This document shows positions 8,769-15,062 of a DNA stretch of 20,000 bases, piece after piece; the stretch's first letter is position 1, and every line of letters starts with the position of its first letter. Position numbers and translations under genes: made by a program. The notes beneath the pieces are model-generated. The model was given only the letters and a program-made list of their open reading frames with translations, did not search any database and had not been told where the DNA came from. This stretch comes from an uncultured virus (IMG/VR IMGVR_UViG_3300036846_001501) (taxonomy: Duplodnaviria; Heunggongvirae; Uroviricota; Caudoviricetes), in IMG/VR virus record IMGVR_UViG_3300036846_001501; one strand, 5' to 3'.

Positions 8769-9779
8769 CTATAGTCGCCCCCGCGGCGGGCGACAATCCG
8801 AACTGCCGCCGCGGAACCGCCCGAAGCGGACCCACCGCGGCGTCCGGGCCCGGACGGCGAGATATTCGGATACCAGCTCCAGGGGCCCGCCCAGGAGAAA
8901 TTCGGGATAGCGGAAGGCGCGGGCCACGGCCCGCACCAGGTCGGCACGGCGCGGCGCCGCGCGGCTCCGCAGCCGGACCCGCCCCGGCGCAGTACAGAGG
9001 ACCGGCGCCGCGGCGACCGCGGGATGGGCCAGGAGCGCCGGGGCGACTGCCGCCGGCACAAGCAGGACCTGGTGGATCAGGACCCGCCACCAGGATGGCC
9101 GCCCGGCCCGCCCGCCCAGCTCGACCCGGAGCACGTCCAGGCCCCCCGTAGTGCCCAGCCGGGAGAGCCGGCGGATCTCCTGGGTCCGGGTCAGGAATCG
9201 GGTCTTCCCCTGGGAGCGGGGGGCCTTGCCCGCGGGATCCAGCCGGCAGCGGAAGATCGCTGGCAGCGTCCGCTGCCCTTTCACTTCAAGGGGAAAGCGG
9301 TAGCTGACCGTCCGCTCCACCAGGACGTCCGCCGCCAGCAGACCGGGCGCCGTGAAGAGGCGCGCATCGATCGCGTCGAAGCAGGCCAGGGCCTGCCGGG
9401 CCCAGCAGTCGGGGCAGATGGCCCGCAGGCCGCAGGCCCGGAGCCGACTCTGCGGCACGTAACAGGCGGGCAGGCAGCGGAGGAAGGCCCAGCGCTTCCG
9501 CTCGTCGCAGAAGGGGGCGACGTCCGCCTCCGCCAGACCCAGCACCCGGCCGTGCCAGCGCCGGCGGAGCGCGACGGCCCGGTCGGCGATTCCCTGCCGC
9601 GCCGCCGCGTCGAAACCGGCCGCGGCCGGGCCGCCCAGGAGCGCCCGCTGGCATACCTGACGCCGGTAACTCCGGGGGAGGCCAGCCGGAGCCTCGTCGG
9701 GCCGGCCGGGCCCGCCATTTGGGGTAATAAGATGGCTCAAAGTAACGCCCCCGCCGGCCGTGGTAATAAGATGGCACAA
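8769..9779 (-). CDS. Possible degenerate HUH/rolling-circle Rep-like protein (start uncertain)
   Basis: CGLRAICPDC, WWRVLIHQVLL, FRYP and RWVRFGRFRG appear in the order of Rep_1-type motifs. There is no in-frame ATG or clear SD, so the start is unsure. Confidence 0.45.
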   Translation of the reverse strand: MCHLITTAGGGVTLSHLITPNGGPGRPDEAPAGLPRSYRRQVCQRALLGGPAAAGFDAAARQGIADRAVALRRRWHGRVLGLAEADVAPFCDERKRWAFLRCLPACYVPQSRLRACGLRAICPDCWARQALACFDAIDARLFTAPGLLAADVLVERTVSYRFPLEVKGQRTLPAIFRCRLDPAGKAPRSQGKTRFLTRTQEIRRLSRLGTTGGLDVLRVELGGRAGRPSWWRVLIHQVLLVPAAVAPALLAHPAVAAAPVLCTAPGRVRLRSRAAPRRADLVRAVARAFRYPEFLLGGPLELVSEYLAVRARTPRWVRFGRFRGGSSDCRPPRGRL

Positions 9780-9817
9780 AGTAACCGGTCACTTTGTGCC
9801 ATTACAACGAAGTTGTA
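9723..9817. repeat. AT-rich direct and inverted repeat cluster (iteron/operator-like)
   Basis: GGTAATAAGATGGCWCAAAGTAAC at 9723-9746 and 9762-9785 (1 mismatch). Inverted repeat ATGGCACAAAGT/ACTTTGTGCCAT at 9771-9802. Hairpin TACAAC-GAA-GTTGTA at 9803-9817. Confidence 0.85.
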
Positions 9818-9963
9818 CTATCCCGGGGCGCCGGGGGATCGCTTCGCTCCCCCCGCCACCCCGGGATTTTTCGGCGCCCCCGGGGAGCCGGTGTGACACT
9901 TCATTCGTCATCGGCTGGCCCCCGCGCGGCGCGCCGCTCCGGAAGAGGAATGGGGATTGCCCA

Positions 9964-10371
9964 TCACGCATCGTCCAGGCAGTACCGCGCGAGCGCGGCA
10001 ATCTCCAGGGCGTGCGCCAGCCCCTGAAACGTCTTGCACCAGAACAGACCCACGCCCGCGCGGCTGGCGGGGACTTCGGGTGGCCCGGGACCGACCAGGT
10101 CCACGTGGATCCAGTGCCCCTCGGCGCCGGCGACCACGTAGACCGCCAGCCAGCGATGACCCTCGCGAAGCGTGGACCAGCGCCAGGTGCCGGCCGCCGC
10201 GTCTTCCCAGATGCAGAGCGTGAACTCGGCCTCATCGAAGAGGCCCTTGAGTTGTTGGTTCAGGGCGGCGCAGATGTCGCCCAGTGTCGTGTTATCGTCG
10301 ACCTTGAGGATCTCCACCTCGACCTGGTAGGTCCAGGCGGAACGGCGAATCTTCGGCGCATTCATCGCCAT
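9964..10371 (-). CDS. Hypothetical phage protein (135 aa)
   Basis: Protein-like ORF with VVAGAEGHWIHVD. AGG upstream of the ATG. Confidence 0.7.
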   Translation of the reverse strand: MAMNAPKIRRSAWTYQVEVEILKVDDNTTLGDICAALNQQLKGLFDEAEFTLCIWEDAAAGTWRWSTLREGHRWLAVYVVAGAEGHWIHVDLVGPGPPEVPASRAGVGLFWCKTFQGLAHALEIAALARYCLDDA

Positions 10372-10409
10372 CGTGGACCTGCTTTCTTTCGCGTTATTGG
10401 GCCGGCACG

Positions 10410-10613
10410 ATGTTCACGCAATTGAATCCGCCGCTGCCCATGCATGTCGAGAGCAAGGGCAGCGGCCTGGCCCTGGCCGTGATCGACTACGGCCCCGAGC
10501 ACCAGTTGTTATGGGTCATCGCCCTCGATGCCGGGGGCGAGATCTGGTGCGTCCCGAACCCCCAGGTCCGGATGCAGGCGAACTGGAGCCTGGGACGCCA
10601 ATCATCTTCATGA
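10410..10613 (+). CDS. Small hypothetical protein (67 aa)
   Basis: MFTQLNPPLP...IDYGPEH.LLWV...GEIWCVPNPQVR resembles a small uncharacterised family I recall from phages. It fills the gap between two minus-strand genes. Confidence 0.7.
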   Translation: MFTQLNPPLPMHVESKGSGLALAVIDYGPEHQLLWVIALDAGGEIWCVPNPQVRMQANWSLGRQSSS

Positions 10614-10868
10614 CGGCTCCGGGAGCACGCGGATGTGCCGGCCGGCGGCCTCGATCAGGAGGCCGTCGTCCAGCCGTACGGTGTACATCGGGCCGCTGGC
10701 GGCCTCCCGGTCGAGGTAGACCGAGACGATCGTCCCCTCCTGGCCCTTGAGACCGCGGTAGCCGGCCGGGATCCCCGACCATGCTTCGTCATCCTGGAAC
10801 CGGACCCGCCGGCGTAAGAGCGTGGTCTGCTCGATCCGGGCCCGGCCGACAAACTCGAGGTCGCTCAT
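10608..10868 (-). CDS. Hypothetical protein, possible SH3-like beta barrel (86 aa)
   Basis: ATG 10868 overlaps the upstream stop (ATGA). Pattern RVRF...GQEGTIV...YTVRLDDG. Confidence 0.65.
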   Translation of the reverse strand: MSDLEFVGRARIEQTTLLRRRVRFQDDEAWSGIPAGYRGLKGQEGTIVSVYLDREAASGPMYTVRLDDGLLIEAAGRHIRVLPEPS

Positions 10869-11323
10869 AGTTCGGGCCCCGGTTCGGGGGCGATGTGGTA
10901 CGTATCGCTGTCCTTGTCGTAGATCAGGAAATCGGCGCTGCCACCTAGCAGGGTCAGCCCCTGGGGCGACGCATAGGTCGCCGGCGTGACCGTGAAGCCC
11001 CGCCGGGTGAGCCACTGGGCGAGGGTCGTCTCGAGCGAGCGCGCCCGGCGGTTGATTGCCTCCACCCGATCGGGGTCCGGCACGTTGCCGCCGATCTCGG
11101 TCCAGACCCCCACGGGGATCCGCACGTAGCCGATCGTGGCACCGATTCCGTCGCTCAGGTCCGCCTCCACCAGGACGGCGCGCTCGTGGTCGACGATCTG
11201 ACTCGTACCGCGTATCATCACGGTCGTTATGGCGAGCACGCAGATACGTCCGAGCCCGCTCTCCTCGGCCGACTTGGCCAGGTCCTCGACCGTGCCGTAG
11301 CCGAGCCATTTCACCAGGTTCAT
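10865..11323 (-). CDS. Hypothetical protein (152 aa)
   Basis: AAGGA SD before the ATG. Protein-like composition. Confidence 0.75.
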   Translation of the reverse strand: MNLVKWLGYGTVEDLAKSAEESGLGRICVLAITTVMIRGTSQIVDHERAVLVEADLSDGIGATIGYVRIPVGVWTEIGGNVPDPDRVEAINRRARSLETTLAQWLTRRGFTVTPATYASPQGLTLLGGSADFLIYDKDSDTYHIAPEPGPEL

Positions 11324-11344
11324 GGCAGTTTCCTTTCGAGCCGG

Positions 11345-11360
11345 GAATTACCCATAATTC
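11345..11360. promoter_or_regulatory. Palindromic motif copy 2 (GAATTA-CCCA-TAATTC)
   Basis: Perfect 6-bp arms in the short gap upstream of 10865..11323. Confidence 0.6.
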
Positions 11361-11655
11361 ACCAGGGGGCAGGGAGCAGGCCGGCCGCCACCAGCGCCAG
11401 CCCGTGTTTGCAGGTCGTCCTGGCCTCGTCATGACGGTACATGAAGGCCGGGCAGTCGCACCGGATGCGGCCCTCGACGAGGGCCACGTCGTAGATCGCC
11501 GTCTCGCGCGCTTGCTTCTCGAGCCGGTAGCAGACGCCCGGCTCGTAGGTCGTCACGGTGTAGTCCGTGCCGCCAATCTGGAGGGTTTGCGGGGCGGCGG
11601 GGTCCGAGACCTCGCCGGCGGGCCGGCCATCCGGCCGCTGGGTGGACTGGATCAC
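11359..11655 (-). CDS. SWIM-type zinc-finger protein
   Basis: YDV...RCDCPAFMYRHDEARTTCKH matches SWIM CxC-xn-CxH. Confidence 0.75.
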   Translation of the reverse strand: MIQSTQRPDGRPAGEVSDPAAPQTLQIGGTDYTVTTYEPGVCYRLEKQARETAIYDVALVEGRIRCDCPAFMYRHDEARTTCKHGLALVAAGLLPAPW

Positions 11656-11682
11656 AATGGGAGCACCAGGCTGAAGGATGGG

Positions 11683-11982
11683 TCATTCGCGGGCCGCCGG
11701 ATCGAGCGGCTTGCCGCAGTGCCTGCATGTACCTGCCTCCAGCTTGAGGAAGCGGTGCGGGACAGGAACCTCGTACCGGGAGTCGACTTGAATATCGTTC
11801 CCCATCTCACACATGGCGATGTCCCAGCTCACCAGGACGTCCGTCGTCGCGAAGCTGCCGATCACGATGCCCGATGTACCCTCGGGCACAAAACGGTAAT
11901 CGTTCTTGTCGACCGTGTAGAAGATCGACTGCGTGAGCGTCACGCGGAGAAGTTTCTCGGGTTGCTCGGCCGCAGCATCCAC
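11683..11982 (-). CDS. Hypothetical protein with C-terminal CxxCGKPLDPAAR tail
   Basis: AAGGAG SD before GTG 11982. Ends CRHCGKPLDPAARE. Confidence 0.7.
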   Translation of the reverse strand: MDAAAEQPEKLLRVTLTQSIFYTVDKNDYRFVPEGTSGIVIGSFATTDVLVSWDIAMCEMGNDIQVDSRYEVPVPHRFLKLEAGTCRHCGKPLDPAARE

Positions 11983-11996
11983 GTAATCGCTCCTTT

Positions 11997-12512
11997 CTAG
12001 CCACGGGCCGCCGGGTCGAGCGGCTTGCCGCACTGGTGACAGATCAATCCCGGCTCCTGGAGCCGGCCGCTGGTCGCCTCCAGGGCCTCGCCGAATCGCT
12101 CGTCGACATGCTCGACGAGGCATGCCAGGTCGCAGAACCAGCGGGGCGCGCCCAGCCGGCTCCCCTTGGCATCGACGTGATAGACGCCGGGGAAATAGCC
12201 CACGGCATCGGCGTCCTGGAGCGGTTCGAGCACCCGGCTGATCAATGCGATCAGCTCCTCCTGCTGTCGCTGAGCGATCACGCTCAGGTTGTAGTAGAGC
12301 GAGCCCGAGAATTTCGCCTGCACCCGGCGCTCGTGCGCCGCGGCCCGATCGAGGGCCTCGCGAATGACCTTGAGCTGCTCGCGCGTGAACCGCAGCGGCA
12401 GCGACACCTTGTTGTTCCGCACCAGCTTGCCCAGATCCAGCTCGAGCATGCCTTCGGCGCTCGGCGGCGGCTCCCCGGAGGTGCCGAGCTTTTCCTCGTC
12501 GTCGTCGCTCAT
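11997..12512 (-). CDS. Hypothetical protein with C-terminal CxxCGKPLDPAAR tail
   Basis: 171-aa ORF ending CHQCGKPLDPAARG. Upstream WFCDLAC could supply further Zn ligands. Confidence 0.75.
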   Translation of the reverse strand: MSDDDEEKLGTSGEPPPSAEGMLELDLGKLVRNNKVSLPLRFTREQLKVIREALDRAAAHERRVQAKFSGSLYYNLSVIAQRQQEELIALISRVLEPLQDADAVGYFPGVYHVDAKGSRLGAPRWFCDLACLVEHVDERFGEALEATSGRLQEPGLICHQCGKPLDPAARG

Positions 12513-12515
12513 AGG

Positions 12516-12689
12516 TTAGCCCTTGAGTTCGGTTTCCAGCCGGAAGATCTCGGCGTTCAGGCGGTACGACTCGGGTGTGTGCCCGCCCATGAAACAGGAG
12601 AACCGCTTGATCTTCTGTGTCTTCATCTCGGCCCGGATCGCGCGGAGCCGGGCCCGTATCTCCTTCTGCCGCTCGGGGGTGGCGCTCAC
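12516..12689 (-). CDS. Small hypothetical protein (57 aa), not in the ORF track
   Basis: GGAGG SD; GTG 12689 overlaps the upstream TGA. Translation MSATPERQKEIRARLRAIRAEMKTQKIKRFSCFMGGHTPESYRLNAEIFRLETELKG. Confidence 0.7.
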   Translation of the reverse strand: MSATPERQKEIRARLRAIRAEMKTQKIKRFSCFMGGHTPESYRLNAEIFRLETELKG

Positions 12690-13201
12690 GATGCCTCCGG
12701 TTCGGGGGTGAACTCCATCACACGGAGCAGGTCCAGGGGGAAGTCGTCGGTCTCGTGGACGTCGTCCGTGTAGTGATTCTGGGCCTGGAACGTGATCGTG
12801 CCGCCGCTGAAGATCCGCAGATAAGCCCAGTCGGTGCGGATCTCGCCCCCCTCCGGCGGCGCAGGGCCGGCGACCTCGAACCAGCCCCCGTCCTCGTCGC
12901 AGTCATCCTCCTCGTGCTCGGCAGCGACTCGATCGTAGAAGGCCGCAGCCGGCTTGTCAGCCACGGTGATGGCGTTGTAGAACTCGCACTCGAGATTGGC
13001 GAACTCGACGCAGGCGACGTTCCGCTTCCACTTCAACTCCCCGAGGTTCATGACGACCTCGCGACATTCCAGGAGTTCACCGGCCAGCGCCGGCGTGAGG
13101 ACCAGCACCGCGAGCACCGGGATCTCGGAGCCCCGGCACCAGCAGGCCATGATCTTCGTCCCCTCGGCCGCCGCGGCGGCCCGTTCCTCGTTCTCGGGCA
13201 T
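12686..13201 (-). CDS. Hypothetical acidic protein (171 aa)
   Basis: AAGGA SD before ATG 13201 (MPENEERAAA...). Confidence 0.7.
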   Translation of the reverse strand: MPENEERAAAAAEGTKIMACWCRGSEIPVLAVLVLTPALAGELLECREVVMNLGELKWKRNVACVEFANLECEFYNAITVADKPAAAFYDRVAAEHEEDDCDEDGGWFEVAGPAPPEGGEIRTDWAYLRIFSGGTITFQAQNHYTDDVHETDDFPLDLLRVMEFTPEPEAS

Positions 13202-13211
13202 GGCATTCCTT

Positions 13212-13655
13212 TCACTGGGCAACCTGGCCCAGCGTCTCGTTCAGGATCGTGATGTCCTCGCCGTACTTCCGCACGAGGTGCTCCTTGAGCGCCTTGGTAA
13301 ACGGCGCGCTGACCGAACGGTACGTCCCGTCATCCGGGTCGCCCGGGATGCGGAACAGGGTCTTCTTCTTGCAGTGCCTGGCCATCTCTTGCTGCTCCAT
13401 CAGCTCACCCAGGAACAGGTCCGCATCCATCGACAGGGGACCGTGCTCGCTCTGCAAGGGGGGCAGGCTCTTGCAGTGCTCGTGGAACTTCTGCTCCAGC
13501 GCGCGGTCGCTGAAGCGGTAGAGGTTCGCTCCGCCGCCGCCATCATTCTCGACGGTGGCGGCCTTCAGGCCCTCGATGTAGATCGTGGCGCTGAAGGCTT
13601 CGGTCTCGCGGGACAGGAACCGGGCGTGCTTGATGTTCTTGAGTTCGATCTTCAC
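13212..13655 (-). CDS. Hypothetical phage protein (147 aa)
   Basis: GAGGAG SD before GTG 13655. MKIELKNIKH...SRETEAFSATIYIEG...VENDGGGG resembles a phage hypothetical family I recall. Confidence 0.8.
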   Translation of the reverse strand: MKIELKNIKHARFLSRETEAFSATIYIEGLKAATVENDGGGGANLYRFSDRALEQKFHEHCKSLPPLQSEHGPLSMDADLFLGELMEQQEMARHCKKKTLFRIPGDPDDGTYRSVSAPFTKALKEHLVRKYGEDITILNETLGQVAQ

Positions 13656-13679
13656 TGGGTCTCCTCGTCCTCGGCCAGG

Positions 13680-13712
13680 AAACAAGAAGGGCCGGGACAA
13701 CAGTCCCGGCCC
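13680..13712 (-). terminator. Rho-independent terminator after the Pro/Gly repeat gene
   Basis: 10-bp perfect stem GGGCCGGGAC-4 nt loop-GTCCCGGCCC (13689-13712), followed on the minus strand by TTCTTGTTT. Confidence 0.7.
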
Positions 13713-13745
13713 AGGGTAACAGGCTGATTACAGGCAGACGAGAGG

Positions 13746-14906
13746 TTACGTCTTGGCCTTGGTCGGCGGTGTCGCGCTCGTCGATGGTGCCGTCTTGGGC
13801 GGTGCCACCGGGGGCTCCGGCGTTGGAATCCAGGCGTCCGCGATGATCGGCGGGAATCCACCGTAGACCTTGATCCATTTGCCGGGAAGACCGTTCGTGG
13901 GGTTCTTCGGCACATGGTCCTCACTCGTGTTGAACGCGATCTGGACCCAGCCCGGCACGCTGACACCCGCGTAGTCGGTGAAGATACAGGCGTAACCCGG
14001 GCTGTTAAAGTCCGGCAGCCCCGTCGGCTCATCGGGAGGAGCTTCGATGTCGGGCGGGAGTGGTCCGACGCCGATCGGCGGCGGCGGCGCAGCAATGGGC
14101 GGGGTCGCATAGCCCGGCCAGGGCGCATCGCCACCCCAGTAACCCGGAGGCGGAGGCGGAGGAATGATCGGGCCACCGCCAGGATACCCCGGCCACGGTT
14201 CAGATCCACCCCAGAAGCCAGGCGGTTTGCCCGGAGGAATGATCGGCCCGCCACCTGGATATCCTGGCCACGGCTCAGATCCACCCCAGAAGCCAGGAGG
14301 CTTTTGTGGCGGATAGTAAATCGGTGGCATGATGTGCACGGGCGGGTAAATGGGCCCGCCACCTGGATATCCTGGCCAGGGTGCATCGCCGCCCCAGAAA
14401 CCAGGTGGCTTGCCCGGAGGAATGATCGGCCCACCACCTGGATATCCTGGCCACGGCTCAGAGCCACCCCAGAAGCCAGGCGGCTTGCCCGGAGGAATGA
14501 TCGGCCCACCACCTGGATATCCTGGCCACGGCTCAGAGCCGCCCCAGAAACCGGGCGGGCGCGGCTGCGGTCCCGGCCCGCCGATATCAATGTACGAGGG
14601 CGGAACACCGCCCCAGATGCCCGGCGGCGAACCGCCCCCGCCCGGGGGGTTCGGCCAGATCCCCGGGGGGATCGGATGACTCACCCATGGCGGCGGACCG
14701 CCCGGGGCGATCGGGTGCGCCGGGTAGCCCGGCCCTGGCCATATCCCAGGTGGCGGGCCACCGGGAGCGATCGGGTGTGCCGGGTAGCCGGGCCCTGGCC
14801 ATATCCCAGGTGGCGGGCCACCGGGAGCGATCGGGTGTGCCGGATAACCAGGACTCCCCGCCGGCACCAAGAATACCGTCTTCTTTTCCCACAGTTCGTA
14901 GATCAT
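13746..14906 (-). CDS. Pro/Gly/Trp-rich tandem-repeat protein (386 aa)
   Basis: AAGGAG SD. Repeats are conserved as protein while third codon positions vary, which supports this frame. Ends in a short non-repetitive C-terminal region. Confidence 0.85.
   Translation of the reverse strand: MIYELWEKKTVFLVPAGSPGYPAHPIAPGGPPPGIWPGPGYPAHPIAPGGPPPGIWPGPGYPAHPIAPGGPPPWVSHPIPPGIWPNPPGGGGSPPGIWGGVPPSYIDIGGPGPQPRPPGFWGGSEPWPGYPGGGPIIPPGKPPGFWGGSEPWPGYPGGGPIIPPGKPPGFWGGDAPWPGYPGGGPIYPPVHIMPPIYYPPQKPPGFWGGSEPWPGYPGGGPIIPPGKPPGFWGGSEPWPGYPGGGPIIPPPPPPGYWGGDAPWPGYATPPIAAPPPPIGVGPLPPDIEAPPDEPTGLPDFNSPGYACIFTDYAGVSVPGWVQIAFNTSEDHVPKNPTNGLPGKWIKVYGGFPPIIADAWIPTPEPPVAPPKTAPSTSATPPTKAKT
14110..14560 (-). repeat. 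~75-bp coding tandem repeat, 6 units of PPG(F/Y)WGG(SE/DA)PWPGY
   Basis: Visible in DNA and protein. Unit order SE, SE, DA, SE, SE, DA. Confidence 0.9.
14690..14850 (-). repeat. 60-bp coding tandem repeat, ~2.7 units of PGYPAHPIAPGGPPPGIWPG
   Basis: Sequence lines starting 14701, 14761 and 14821 align with a 60-bp period. Confidence 0.9.
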
Positions 14907-15020
14907 CGAGTCAGATCTCCTTATGAACCTGGCGCTCGGCCTGGTTCACGTTCCCCGTAAACAGACTGATCTCAACCACAACAGCACGACTGATTGCTGC
15001 CCGGCCCTCGATGCCCCGGG

Positions 15021-15049
15021 ATTGTGGCACCGGGCAAGTTGTCGGGCAA
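15021..15049 (-). promoter_or_regulatory. Candidate sigma70-like promoter for the repeat-protein gene
   Basis: TTGCCC (15049-15044), 17-bp spacer, CACAAT (15026-15021), in the intergenic gap. Confidence 0.4.
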
Positions 15050-15062
15050 GGTCACTCGCGGA

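Noticed and set aside
9723..9785. Mini CRISPR array
   Set aside because: Only two repeats with a 15-bp spacer and no cas genes in view.
13652..14960. Alternative-frame repeat ORFs (13652..14608, 13914..14960) or a CRISPR/DGR reading of the repeats
   Set aside because: Variation between units is mostly synonymous in the 13746..14906 frame; there are no unique spacers and no reverse transcriptase.
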